A stretch of DNA of 64,000 nt from positions 32,836 through 96,835 of the forward strand of contig JBEKYF010000005.1 of NCBI GenBank assembly GCA_049511255.1, in the 5' to 3' direction. The first letter of the stretch is position 1. Each line of letters opens with the position of its first letter. Position numbers and translations under genes: made by a program. Source of the stretch: Terriglobales bacterium (GTDB lineage: Bacteria; Acidobacteriota; Terriglobia; Terriglobales; Acidobacteriaceae). Shown here in pieces: positions 27,549-37,395 of the stretch. The notes below the pieces were generated by a model, which was not told the origin of the DNA, did not search any database, and saw nothing but the letters and a program-made list of their open reading frames with translations.

Positions 27549-28436
27549 TTAATGAGTATCCGCCGGCTTGTCCGCTGACTTCTTGGCGGCCGCGGGAGCA
27601 GGGGCGCCTTTTGGTTTCCAGAATTCCGGGTCTGCCTTGACCCAATCGTCAGACACGTAGCTCATGCGCGGATTAAACGCGAACAGGTTCGTCTGGCTCG
27701 ACTCAATCGCTGCAGCCGACAACTCGCTGAGCTTCTTCATGCCCGCTTCACCCATCGCCGCTTCAAACTCCTTGCCCTCCGCGAAGTTCTTGTCAATCTC
27801 CGCAGCAGACTTCATCGGGTTGAAGATGACGTAGGTAGTGTCTGGAAATCCGTAGACACTCGCATAGGCTGTCCAGTGCGCATCCGGGATTTTCTTGTAA
27901 GCGGCGGTTACCAGCTTCACGATTTCGTCCCAATCTTTGTCGTGGCCCTGCTTAACCTGGAAGACCGTGATCTCGAAATAGCGCATGTGGGGTATGTCCA
28001 CCTGAGGACGCAGGCTGTATTCCTCGCGGAATGCCAACACGGCGCCGTCGGTCTCGCTCAATAGTTCACCGTCTGCTGCCCAGGCGCGGTCAAGGGCAGC
28101 CGATAGAGTGGTATTTTTTTCAGTTGCGAGCGTATCGTTTTCCCACGCCGCAAACGAATCGTAGCCGGTCAGAAAGAGAGCACGCGACTTACCCGAAAGA
28201 GATTCCACAGCCAGATAGTGGGTTGGCCATTTCGCACGCGTCATTGCCTGAACAAACGCGCTCTCGGTCTTTTCATGTTGGGTACCCGACTTCCCCGGCT
28301 TGGTATACTCCCGCGTGATCGTCAGTACCTTGGGTGGCATCATGGCAGTGGGCTTGTCCTGGCCAGCAGCGATCCCGGATATCCCAACCGCCAACAAAAC
28401 AAGCAGGGCGAGCATCGATCCCGTAAGTCTTTTCAT
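27549..28436 (-). CDS. secreted protein with two tandem ~110-aa domains, unknown family
   Basis: It has a signal peptide (MKRLTGSMLALLVLLAVGISGIAAG) and a Lys/Ala/Pro-rich C-terminal tail. The two halves share a pattern with each other and with the 145-aa neighbour. Confidence 0.7.
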   Translation of the reverse strand: MKRLTGSMLALLVLLAVGISGIAAGQDKPTAMMPPKVLTITREYTKPGKSGTQHEKTESAFVQAMTRAKWPTHYLAVESLSGKSRALFLTGYDSFAAWENDTLATEKNTTLSAALDRAWAADGELLSETDGAVLAFREEYSLRPQVDIPHMRYFEITVFQVKQGHDKDWDEIVKLVTAAYKKIPDAHWTAYASVYGFPDTTYVIFNPMKSAAEIDKNFAEGKEFEAAMGEAGMKKLSELSAAAIESSQTNLFAFNPRMSYVSDDWVKADPEFWKPKGAPAPAAAKKSADKPADTH

Positions 28437-28550
28437 GGTTGACCTCCTGGGTCACACAAATGGGGTGAAAAGCGGAATTGCTTTCCTGACTTTGAAAGCA
28501 GTGCGGATTGTACACAGATTCGTCTCCCCGCGCGCGGTAAGAAAACGACT

Positions 28551-28588
28551 AACAGCAAAACCAGGGCCGTGTCTCTGACGCGGCCCTG
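28551..28588 (-). terminator. terminator candidate after the 145-aa gene
   Basis: Stem CAGGGCCG/CGGCCCTG at 28562-28588 is extendable through the loop. GTTTTGCTGTT follows on the minus strand. Confidence 0.45.
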
Positions 28589-28606
28589 CAGATCGCGAGA
28601 TCGCCG

Positions 28607-29044
28607 CTATTTCAGGAAAATCTCTTGCAAGAGTTCCGAGCTGATGATCTCCCGGATTTCAGCGCGTTTCTCGGACAACTGCTGAGCAGGTTGCTTCCCG
28701 CCCATGATCTTGTCGCGAACCGCCTCGCCTTTTGCCGCCAGTCCGTCCATGGCAGCATAGTTCTTGTATTGGATGGCCACACAGATGTCCCAATCTTCCG
28801 GGTTGTTCTTGGTCTCCTTGAAAAAAACTTTGTAGTCCAGGATCAGCCCCTGCCGCTTCTCTTCCTCGATCATCGGCTTGGTGGACTTGCGCAGGCTGGT
28901 GAGATATTCATCCATGTGAGTGGGTTTCACGCGGATCAACTGAATGCGCCAGATGGGGCCTTCGGTGTAGTGCTCCTGCGCGAACAACGCAGGCGCGAGC
29001 AACAACAGCAAAACGGCGAGCCCGTAGAGCTTCTTCATGGTCAT
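28607..29044 (-). CDS. secreted single-domain paralogue of the 295-aa protein
   Basis: It has a signal peptide (MKKLYGLAVLLLLLAPALFAQ) followed by WRIQLIRVKPTHMDEYLTSL... Confidence 0.7.
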   Translation of the reverse strand: MTMKKLYGLAVLLLLLAPALFAQEHYTEGPIWRIQLIRVKPTHMDEYLTSLRKSTKPMIEEEKRQGLILDYKVFFKETKNNPEDWDICVAIQYKNYAAMDGLAAKGEAVRDKIMGGKQPAQQLSEKRAEIREIISSELLQEIFLK

Positions 29045-29218
29045 CTCCTAAACTGTGTAAGTTAACGGCGGGAGGATCATACACTCAGTTCAGGAAAATG
29101 GGGAAGCCAGCGGGTTCGAGCGTAAGCTGAGGATTGCCGGGGAAATTGTGATTTAGAGCGGTCTCATAATTACCGTGGACCGCAGTTTGGTTCTGGCTAG
29201 GGCACGGCTTTAGCCGTG

Positions 29219-30370
29219 CTATTTTTGCAGAAGCACATCAAGAAGTCGCGCCAACTCAGCCTTCTCCTGCGTCCTACTGGTGGTGGCGGGACTATCCTCG
29301 GTGAGTTGCGCGAGTCCGTGTGCCAGGATGCGCACGGCTATGGGGTGAGGAAGGTAGACAGTGTCCCGCGAAGGCGTCAGCTCCCAACTTGTATTGTTTC
29401 GGCGAGCCAGAGGCCATCGTTGTCGTTCCGAACGCCTGTGCACCTCCGCCTTACTGCCCGTGAGAGAACCCAGTTCACCGATCTGAACCTCTACCCAGTC
29501 CTGGTTCCCTCCGGTGTGCACCTTCTTCACTTCGAAATGGTCGAACACAACCAGAGATTTGGCCGACTTGAAAAGGTCACGCTCACGGAGCCGCCCCTCG
29601 GAGTCTCTGCACGCTTGCAGGAAGGCTGCTGCCACCTGATCTGGTTCGGGCCGAACGGAATTCACGACAACGCGGGGTGTTTCGGTGTCCACTGGCTTCT
29701 CTTTCGCAACCTTGGCAGAAGATACGGTCTCGCCTGGGGACTCCGCCGATACATCAGGCGCTGGGTCCTCAGCAGGCGGCTCGTGCGGTTCCGCGTTTCC
29801 CAAAGTCGTGGGCGTCCAGCTCGCAGTCCGGATCGAGGTGGAGAGTACACCATTTGGAACCCGCTTGACGTAACGAAAGAAACGGGGTCGTCCCCATTGC
29901 TTCCAATACAACGAATCGTACGAATCGAGGCCGGGGCCCGAACCTAGCACACTGAAGAAGGAATGCTGAACGGGATTGACCACAATCCCCGCATGTCCGC
30001 GCCAGACAGCCAAGTCACCCGGTTGCGGACTTGCGACTCGTCGAAATTCGTCGATCCCTGCGTAAAGGTCCGAAGAGCTTGCGTACACATAAGGGAAGCC
30101 GGCGCGCTCATAGAGTCCGTGGACAAAGTGCGAGCAATCGGAAGGGGAATCCGCTTGATGGCGGAAATCCAGTGCGGCACCCAGAATCGCCAAGCCCTCA
30201 CCCAGAGTCAGCGGCCGGGACTCGGTTGCCTTCTGCTGCAGGTCGGGGGTCTTGCGAGTGGCTCGGTAAGCCCCATTTGAGGTTGCCTGCTTCTCTTGCG
30301 CTAACGCGACAGGGGCAGAGGCCACAGAGAGCAGGAGGAATAACAGGGCGACTTTGGCGCGGAACCGCAT
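29219..30370 (-). CDS. secreted NlpC/P60 (C40) family peptidase with a long C-terminal extension
   Basis: It has a signal peptide, a catalytic Cys context (SDCSHFVHGLYERAGFPY) and a His context (GDLAVWRGHAGIVVNP). The roughly 200 C-terminal residues are unassigned. Confidence 0.75.
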   Translation of the reverse strand: MRFRAKVALLFLLLSVASAPVALAQEKQATSNGAYRATRKTPDLQQKATESRPLTLGEGLAILGAALDFRHQADSPSDCSHFVHGLYERAGFPYVYASSSDLYAGIDEFRRVASPQPGDLAVWRGHAGIVVNPVQHSFFSVLGSGPGLDSYDSLYWKQWGRPRFFRYVKRVPNGVLSTSIRTASWTPTTLGNAEPHEPPAEDPAPDVSAESPGETVSSAKVAKEKPVDTETPRVVVNSVRPEPDQVAAAFLQACRDSEGRLRERDLFKSAKSLVVFDHFEVKKVHTGGNQDWVEVQIGELGSLTGSKAEVHRRSERQRWPLARRNNTSWELTPSRDTVYLPHPIAVRILAHGLAQLTEDSPATTSRTQEKAELARLLDVLLQK

Positions 30371-30714
30371 AGTCCGTCTTATAACGCGCCTTCATGAGAC
30401 AGTACAGGTGACAGCGGTGCTGCCAAGTCCGCGAAAAGAGTCCTGACCTCAGATGCACCTTAGGGTCCAAGAAGTTTCTTTGGCGCGGGGCGGGCTAGGG
30501 CTAAGTTGCATCGCGGGAAGGGCCTGAAGCCGGCGGCGAGCGACGTTGGTACCGGCTGTTGAGAGTGGGCTTTGGCCGTGATAATGGTTAGAAGAATTGA
30601 GGCGAAGGTCTTCGCGCGTATGATAAGCCCATAATCGATAGCGCGGCGCATCTCCATAGCAGATGTGGCGCCGGCGGAGATCGTTCTATTCTTGCGAGGA
30701 AGGTGCCGGAACCT

Positions 30715-31407
30715 ATGAAGATCATTCCGGCGAGCGACTCGTCGTTGTTGATTGTCTTCGGGAATGCGATCTCGCCCGCACTCCACGAGCGGGTGATTGG
30801 GTTGTTTCATTCATTCCAGGCCTGGCATGATCCGCGGATCCGCAACCTGCACCCGGGATACGCGTCCCTGCTCATTGATTTCGATCCGCTGCGGTTGTCG
30901 CACGACGAACTGATCTCGGTGGTTCAACAACTCGCCCTTGCTAGTGACTCCGCGGTCGACAGGCACGCTAACGTGGTTACTATTCCGGTCTGTTACGACA
31001 TCGAGTTCGGTCCCGATCTACCGGATGTCTCGCAGCATGCTGGGCTTTCACTGGAAGAGGTTGTCCGACTACATTCCTCCCCGACGTATCTCGTATATTT
31101 CCTCGGATTCTCCCCGGGGTTCGTTTACCTCGGTGGGTTGCCGGAGGTTTTGCACATGCCCAGGCTCGCGACTCCCAGGCCCTCCATTGCCGGCGGAAGT
31201 GTCGGAATTGCCGGCAGTCAGACAGGAATCTATCCAGTTGACTCTCCCGGAGGCTGGAAGCTGATCGGACGTACGCCTTTACGTATGTTCGATCCCGAAG
31301 CAACACCGCCAACTCGCCTGCAACCGGGCGACAGGATGAAATTCTCTCCGATTGACCGCGCCACCTTCGAAGACATACCACGACATGCTGAGGCCCGGCT
31401 TACATGA
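30715..31407 (+). CDS. pxpB: 5-oxoprolinase subunit B (KipI/allophanate hydrolase subunit 1 family)
   Basis: MKIIPASDSSLLIVFG...IPVCYD...VYFLGFSPGFVYLGGL...PRPSIAGGSVGIAGSQTGIYP. The alternative ORF-track start is at 30703. Confidence 0.85.
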   Translation: MKIIPASDSSLLIVFGNAISPALHERVIGLFHSFQAWHDPRIRNLHPGYASLLIDFDPLRLSHDELISVVQQLALASDSAVDRHANVVTIPVCYDIEFGPDLPDVSQHAGLSLEEVVRLHSSPTYLVYFLGFSPGFVYLGGLPEVLHMPRLATPRPSIAGGSVGIAGSQTGIYPVDSPGGWKLIGRTPLRMFDPEATPPTRLQPGDRMKFSPIDRATFEDIPRHAEARLT

Positions 31408-32333
31408 CGATTCGGGTTGTGAAGCCGGGGTTCTTCACGACCGTCCAGGACCTTGGACGTTACGGCTATGCTCACCTCGGCATCTCTCCCGCCGGGGCCG
31501 CCGATCCGTTGTCGTTCCGCATTGCCAATCTTCTGGTGGGCAACGATGAGAACGCCCCCGCGCTGGAGATGACCCTGCTCGGCGCAACCCTGGAATTCGA
31601 GGAGAGCGCCATCGTCGCGCTCGCAGGCGCCAGTTGCGAATGCAAAGCCGGTTTCGCTCAAGTGCCCGTCAACACAGCGTTCGATCTCCCCGCGGGAGCA
31701 GCCCTAAAATGCGGGAGCATGACGACCGGCGCGCGATGCTACCTCTCTGTCCAAGGTGGATTCGACATTCCGCTGGTCATGGGCAGCGCGTCAACGTTTG
31801 TCGCCGGCCACTTTGGAGGGTTTAACGGGCGCAGATTGCAGAGCGGCGACGTGTTGCAGGTTCGGCAGCACGGCTCATTCCGCGTCCGCTCGCTGCGTCC
31901 GGATGCCCTTGATGTATTGCGCGCTCCGCGACCTTTGCGTGTGACCAAAGGCTCGCAGCAGGACTGGTTCGGGCCGGAGGCATTCGAGAAATTGTTCTCC
32001 AGCGCGTACATCGTCAGCGAGCAGACGGACCGCACCGGCCTGCGGCTGAAGGGAGAGGCGGTGCGCCCGCGCGAACAATCCGAGCTGCTTACGGACGGCA
32101 TCCCGCTCGGCGCTATTCAGGTGCCGCAGGATGGCCAGCCGATCATTCTGTTTGTCGATCAGCAGACCACCGGTGGATATCCAAAAATCGCGAATGTGAT
32201 CGCGGCCGATGTCCATCGCGTCGGCCAGTTGCGGCCTCGCGACGAGGTGGGACTCGTCGAAGTTTCCATTGCAGAAGCAGTCCAAGCGATAGGCCAGCAG
32301 GAGCGCTGGCTGAAAGAAATCTTTGTTTCGTGA
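31404..32333 (+). CDS. pxpC: 5-oxoprolinase subunit C (KipA/allophanate hydrolase subunit 2 family)
   Basis: VKPGFFTTVQDLGRYGYAHLGISPAGAADPLSFRIANLLVGN...QTTGGYPKIANVI. An ATGA overlap joins it to pxpB. Confidence 0.85.
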   Translation: MTIRVVKPGFFTTVQDLGRYGYAHLGISPAGAADPLSFRIANLLVGNDENAPALEMTLLGATLEFEESAIVALAGASCECKAGFAQVPVNTAFDLPAGAALKCGSMTTGARCYLSVQGGFDIPLVMGSASTFVAGHFGGFNGRRLQSGDVLQVRQHGSFRVRSLRPDALDVLRAPRPLRVTKGSQQDWFGPEAFEKLFSSAYIVSEQTDRTGLRLKGEAVRPREQSELLTDGIPLGAIQVPQDGQPIILFVDQQTTGGYPKIANVIAADVHRVGQLRPRDEVGLVEVSIAEAVQAIGQQERWLKEIFVS

Positions 32334-32403
32334 TCGGTTTCGTGATCGGACGATCAGGGCTGTTAAGGTTGAGTGCTCTCGCATAAAAGAGAGGCAATTC
32401 AAG

Positions 32404-33168
32404 ATGACGGATATTTCTATCGATATCAACGCCGACTTGGGCGAGTTCGAAGAATCGCTGGCCAATGGAATTGACTTCGAGCTGATGCGCTACATTACCT
32501 CCGCCAACATCGCGTGCGGCGGACACGCCGGCAATGAACAATCCATGCGGCAGACGCTGTCCGGAGCTCGCAAGTTGAAGGTCGCAGTCGGGGCGCACCC
32601 GGGCTATCCTGATCCCGCGAATTTTGGACGCGTCGAATCGCCATATTCTCCGCTGGAAATCGAGGGTTTTGTGGGTCGGCAGATCGCGGCGCTGGTGAAG
32701 ATTGCGGGGTCCCTGGACATGCGGCTAGTGCATGTGAAACCGCACGGCGCGCTATATCACGCGGCCAACACGAACCGCGAGGTTGCGCTCGCAATCGGCC
32801 GCGCTGTGAAGGCGATCAATCCACAGCTCATCATGGTCGGTCAGGCCGGCTCGTCTGCTCTGGAAGTCTGGCATTCCATGGGATCGCGAATCGCTGCCGA
32901 AGCCTTCGCTGACCGCGCTTACGAGCCGGACGGTACTCTGCGTAAACGGACTCTTTCCGGGGCGCTACTTGACGATCCTGCGCGCGCCGCGCAGCAAGCC
33001 ATTGACATCGCGGTTCGGCACAGGGTTATCGCTAGCGACGGCTCCGAACTAACGGTTGCAGCAAACACCATCTGCATTCACTCCGACACGCCGGGCAGCG
33101 TAGCCATTGCACGCGAGGTCAATCGGCGGCTCAAAGCAGCAGGCGCGCGCGTGCAAGGCTTGTCGTGA
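32404..33168 (+). CDS. pxpA: 5-oxoprolinase subunit A (LamB/YcsF family)
   Basis: The ATG at 32404 gives MTDISIDINADLGE...ANIACGGHAGN...VKPHGALY, the LamB/YcsF signature. Confidence 0.85.
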   Translation: MTDISIDINADLGEFEESLANGIDFELMRYITSANIACGGHAGNEQSMRQTLSGARKLKVAVGAHPGYPDPANFGRVESPYSPLEIEGFVGRQIAALVKIAGSLDMRLVHVKPHGALYHAANTNREVALAIGRAVKAINPQLIMVGQAGSSALEVWHSMGSRIAAEAFADRAYEPDGTLRKRTLSGALLDDPARAAQQAIDIAVRHRVIASDGSELTVAANTICIHSDTPGSVAIAREVNRRLKAAGARVQGLS

Positions 33169-33302
33169 TGGGCCGCGTTGGGGTGCTCTACCGGCCCGAA
33201 GACGTGCGCGTGGCAGTCCCAAGCCTCTGCATCGAATGGATCGGCGTGCCCGGGTCGGGGTTCGGCCCCTGGCAGAACGGACTCGAATTTCCTTCCACCT
33301 GC

Positions 33303-34583
33303 TCATTCATAGACCTGCAGCTCTTTTCCCCTGGTCTCAGGCAGTAGGAGTACGGCCAAGATCATGACCAGGTAGGCGGCCACGGCAAACGCGGAGATGG
33401 CGTATCCCAGGGCAGTGCGCGCGCTGAGGTAGCCGACGAGGGTCGGAAACAACGCGCCGATGCCGCGTCCGAAGTTATAGGAGAATCCCTGGCCAGACCC
33501 GCGCAACCGGCTGGGAAACAGTTCCGTAAAGAATGCGCCGACCGGACTGAACGATCCCGACGCGAAGAAGCCGAGCGGGAATCCCAGCACCAGCATGACC
33601 GGGTTGCTGATGGGCAGATAGGTGTACGCTGTCACCGTCAGCAGAGAGCAGACCGCAAAGAGTATCAACGTCCGCTTGCGACCAAGGCGATCAGCCAGCC
33701 ACGCGCTGACCATGTAACCGACGAACGAGCCCACGATCACAACGAACAGATAACCGCCGGTGTTGAGCACCGAGAGGCCGCGCGCCGTCTTCAGGAATGT
33801 GGGCAACCAGGTTGTGATGGCGTAATACCCACCTTGTACGCCGGTCGCCAGCAACGCGGTGGGAAAGGTGATCTTCAGCAGCGCTGGGCTGAAGATTTCC
33901 AGGAAATGCCTCCCCTCCCCGAGGGCAGCCTCGCGCGCGCGCGTCCGGTCGAACACTTCGGGCTCGGGAACGTTGCGCCGGATGTAGAAGACCAGCAGCG
34001 CTGGAAGAATGCCGATCCAGAACATCGCGCGCCACGCAGTTGCGGCGGGCAGTATGGAGAAGAGCACGGTATAGCAGATGGCTGCGAAGCCCCACCCGAC
34101 GGCCCATCCACCTTGCACGGTGCCGACGGCTTTGCCGCGGTACTGCGCGCGGATGGCTTCACCCATCAGCACTGAGCCGACCGCCCACTCCCCACCGAAA
34201 CCCAGACCTTGTAGTCCGCGCATCATCAGCAGTTGCCAGAAGGAGTTGGTGAATCCGCTTAAGAACGTGAAAAATGCGAACCATAAAATGGTGATCTGCA
34301 GGAGACGTGTGCGGCCGAAGCGGTCCGCGAGCAATCCGGCCAGCCAACCTCCAAGGGCGGAAATCAGCAGAGTGGCCGTACCCAGCAAGCCCGCTTGTCC
34401 TTTGCTGATGTGCCACGCTGCGATCAGCGTGGGAATGACGAAGCTATAGACCATCACGTCCATGCCGTCCAGCGCCCAGCCGCCGAAAGTTGCGACCAGG
34501 GTGCTGCGCTCTCGCGGCGTGAGATCGAAGATCCAAGGCCGCTGGTGGGGAGGCGCTGCGACTGGAGGTTGGGAGTTACTCAT
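33303..34583 (-). CDS. MFS transporter
   Basis: 426 aa with about 12 TM helices and the MFS loop motif GLLADRFGRTR. Confidence 0.85.
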   Translation of the reverse strand: MSNSQPPVAAPPHQRPWIFDLTPRERSTLVATFGGWALDGMDVMVYSFVIPTLIAAWHISKGQAGLLGTATLLISALGGWLAGLLADRFGRTRLLQITILWFAFFTFLSGFTNSFWQLLMMRGLQGLGFGGEWAVGSVLMGEAIRAQYRGKAVGTVQGGWAVGWGFAAICYTVLFSILPAATAWRAMFWIGILPALLVFYIRRNVPEPEVFDRTRAREAALGEGRHFLEIFSPALLKITFPTALLATGVQGGYYAITTWLPTFLKTARGLSVLNTGGYLFVVIVGSFVGYMVSAWLADRLGRKRTLILFAVCSLLTVTAYTYLPISNPVMLVLGFPLGFFASGSFSPVGAFFTELFPSRLRGSGQGFSYNFGRGIGALFPTLVGYLSARTALGYAISAFAVAAYLVMILAVLLLPETRGKELQVYE

Positions 34584-34908
34584 GCGGCCTCCGTGACTGG
34601 ATGCATAGTTTTGGGCACCAAAACCAGTGGATGGCGCTCATTGTAGAGCAAATTGGTAGAGCAAATTGTCAACAGGCAGGCATGAGCTATTCCAAGGCTA
34701 AGATTTCAGCGGATGTTAGACGAAACCAGACCGCAGGTTCCCTCTTGTTCAGTACCGCCCAGAATCACCTGTTTGTGGGCAGGCGAGCGGCTCGCCTTTT
34801 GACCGCGTAGATCTAAACATTTGTAAAGCCGCCGGTGAGGGAGTCTTTGGGCAGCTTTGGCCGATCCCGCCTGAGTTCCACAAGCATGTTTCTCCCTGTC
34901 CTCTGATG

Positions 34909-34969
34909 ATGCAACCGTTAGGTTGCTTTTTGGTGTCGCCTAAGCTAATATGCAACCCGGAGGTTGCTT
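34909..34969. promoter_or_regulatory. two copies of ATGCAACC-N4-GGTTGCTT, candidate ArsR-family operator pair
   Basis: GCAACCGTTAGGTTGC at 34911-34926 and GCAACCCGGAGGTTGC at 34952-34967. The second overlaps the GGAGG RBS of the SRPBCC gene. Confidence 0.45.
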
Positions 34970-34972
34970 AAT

Positions 34973-35425
34973 ATGAGTAACCATATTGAGAAGCGCATTG
35001 AGCTCAAGGCGCCAGTTTCGCGGGTCTGGCGTGCCCTGACGGATTACCGTGAGTTTGGCGAGTGGTTTCGTGTGAAGCTGAATGGCCCATTCGTACCGGG
35101 TCAGGTCTCGCGCGGCCAGGTTACCTATCCTGGCTACGAGCACGTCCAATGGGAGGCCGTGGTGCAGAAAATGGAGTCCGAACGGCTCTTTTCCTTCACC
35201 TGGCATCCTTATTCTGTCGATCCCAAAATAGATTACTCGAAGGAGACGCCTACACTCGTCGAATTTAGGCTGGAAAAGACCTCAAGCGGTACCCTGCTTC
35301 TGCTCACAGAGTCCGGCTTCGACAAGGTCCCCAGCGGCCGCCGCCTCGAAGCATTCCGCATGAATGACGGCGGTTGGACAGAGCAGATGAAGAACATCGA
35401 GAACTATGTCACGCCAACGCGGTAG
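34973..35425 (+). CDS. SRPBCC/AHSA1 (activator of Hsp90 ATPase homolog 1-like) domain protein
   Basis: IEKRIELKAPVSRVWRALTDYREFGEWF...WTEQMKNIENYV. GGAGG lies 9 nt upstream of ATG 34973. Confidence 0.8.
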   Translation: MSNHIEKRIELKAPVSRVWRALTDYREFGEWFRVKLNGPFVPGQVSRGQVTYPGYEHVQWEAVVQKMESERLFSFTWHPYSVDPKIDYSKETPTLVEFRLEKTSSGTLLLLTESGFDKVPSGRRLEAFRMNDGGWTEQMKNIENYVTPTR

Positions 35426-35753
35426 CAGCAGGCCGGTCAAATGGCGGGCTCGCGCACACGTATTTGCCGCGCTGGGCGACGAGACGCGGCTATCGCTGGT
35501 TGCGAAGCTCTGTGGTCGGCAGCCTTATTCGATCTCCCAGCTGACGCAGGGTTCCAAGCTGACCCGGCAGGCGATCACCAAGCATCTGCGAGTGTTGGAG
35601 AGTGCAGGAATCGTGCATAGCGTCCGTACCGGTCGCGAGAGCCTGTTCGAATTCGATCCGCAGCCAATTGAAGGAATTAAGCAATACCTCGATTTCGTCT
35701 CCGAGCAGTGGGATCAGACACTGTCCAGGCTAAAGTCCTTCGTAGAAGACTGA
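35406..35753 (+). CDS. ArsR/SmtB family transcriptional regulator
   Basis: VFAALGDETRLSLVAKLCGRQPYSISQLTQGSKLTRQAITKHLRVLESAGIV is a winged-HTH signature. The gene overlaps the SRPBCC gene by 20 nt. Confidence 0.8.
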   Translation: MSRQRGSSRPVKWRARAHVFAALGDETRLSLVAKLCGRQPYSISQLTQGSKLTRQAITKHLRVLESAGIVHSVRTGRESLFEFDPQPIEGIKQYLDFVSEQWDQTLSRLKSFVED

Positions 35754-35807
35754 GCACCTGATCATTCATTCTGTGCGGGTGCACCGCTGACCTCGTAAGT
35801 TCTCATT

Positions 35808-36896
35808 TTATTTTGGCGGCGGGCTGGGCTTGTTGTTAACCGGCACAGTGCTGGAATTCACGGATTCGCCGGGAGCAAGCGGACCGCCCGCAGGGCTAAG
35901 GCCTGTCGAAGCTGCCTTCACCGCATCACCGAAGTAAGCGGCGTTAAAGGTCGCTTTAGCGGACGCGGATATTTGATCCAGCGCCTGCTGCAGGCGCTGC
36001 TTCTGTATCGTACCCACGATCTCCGGCGTAGCTTCTTGGAGAGGCAGCACTCGTTTTGACGTCATCTCAAAGACGTACAGCCCGCTCGGCTCCGAGATCG
36101 GCTCGGAGAAGTTACCTGGTTGCAGATCGAAAACGGCCGCCGTCGCAGAACTGAGGCCTTCGCGGCGTACCTTCTTAAGCTCGCTTGGAGGCGCGTTGCC
36201 TGCGACGCCCAGATCCGCGTAGGCCTGTTTTTGCAGCGACTCGAAGCTCTCTCCCCGGACTGCGCGATCGCGCAACTTTTTCATTTCCGCCTGCGCGTCT
36301 TCCTCTTTGATCTCTTTGATGGGCTTGCCCTCACCCTGCGCGTTTCGCGGAACATACAGTCGCAGCAATGTGGCTTCCTCGAATTGCTTGGGGTGCTCGT
36401 GATAATACTTTTGCACGTCGTCGGAACTTACCTTGGACGTTCCCGCTTGAAGCTTGCGCGCGAGCACTTGCGACAGGGCTTGCAATTGAGCGAAATGAAG
36501 GGCTTGTTGAGCGTCCGCGGTTTTGTCGAGCCCTCGTTGCTGAGCGGCGTTCGCGAACACCAGCAACTGCGAGTAAAGGGCTGCGAGACGCTGGCGTCCG
36601 GAGGCAGCCATCTCCGGCTGGACAACCTGGGCAAGACGCTCGAATTCCTCTCGAGTGACGATGGTGTTGCAGCTTGATGAGCGATTTGCAGCCTTGTCAC
36701 AAATCCCCGCGACGGTAATGACCGGCGTGGACGGGGCCATGACCTCGGGTGCAACCGAGGAAGCCACCGGCGCGGACTTGCTGACAGCCGGTGCTGAGGG
36801 CTTGCCCGTGGTTGCCTGCGGCGACGCAGTCGAAGCATGGCCCATCATGGGAATAGGCAGAAGAAGAATGGTCAAAGAGCGGAAAAGGATAGACAT
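35808..36896 (-). CDS. secreted SurA/PrsA-like parvulin-type PPIase-family protein (possibly non-catalytic)
   Basis: It has a signal peptide. The helical chaperone-like N-terminal half is followed by KYYHEHPKQFEEATLLRLYVPR...GESFESLQKQ...FDLQPGNFSEPISEPSGLYVFEM. The usual HIL-type strand is replaced by LRLYV. Confidence 0.6.
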   Translation of the reverse strand: MSILFRSLTILLLPIPMMGHASTASPQATTGKPSAPAVSKSAPVASSVAPEVMAPSTPVITVAGICDKAANRSSSCNTIVTREEFERLAQVVQPEMAASGRQRLAALYSQLLVFANAAQQRGLDKTADAQQALHFAQLQALSQVLARKLQAGTSKVSSDDVQKYYHEHPKQFEEATLLRLYVPRNAQGEGKPIKEIKEEDAQAEMKKLRDRAVRGESFESLQKQAYADLGVAGNAPPSELKKVRREGLSSATAAVFDLQPGNFSEPISEPSGLYVFEMTSKRVLPLQEATPEIVGTIQKQRLQQALDQISASAKATFNAAYFGDAVKAASTGLSPAGGPLAPGESVNSSTVPVNNKPSPPPK

Positions 36897-37395
36897 GGAG
36901 AACCTCCGGCGCGGCTAAGATTTCCCGGGACCCGCTTGACGTGTGAACAGGGACGGCAGTATAGCACAGCAATTTGTCAAACAATGAAATGCGCCACCCG
37001 TTCATCATCCTTCTTTGCAGAGAAACGTCGGCGCACGCGAAGTGGCTTGGTCTGCACAAATGGCTGCGGAGGTGGTTGCCACTTTCTAAGATGCGAATGC
37101 GATTCTTAATCAAAATCTAGCTTGACAGGGGCCGTTCACCTCTTAACTGTTCGGCGATCTTGCCGCTTTTTAGGCGATAGATAGTCCGTTTGGGTTATTC
37201 CATTTAGGTAATGGACAAGACAGGGAGCGGGCACAACATAGCTGCCCATTAGCGGGTCTCGTGGGGGGACCTGCGGATATGTCCTGCGGAATACCCAGCA
37301 CTTCAGTGGCAATCTCCCTCGCGTTCGAGTGTGTGAGTTCAAGTGTGCGCACGCGTCCGTTGCGGCGTAGCAAGAAATAGGCTTGGAGGTTCACT

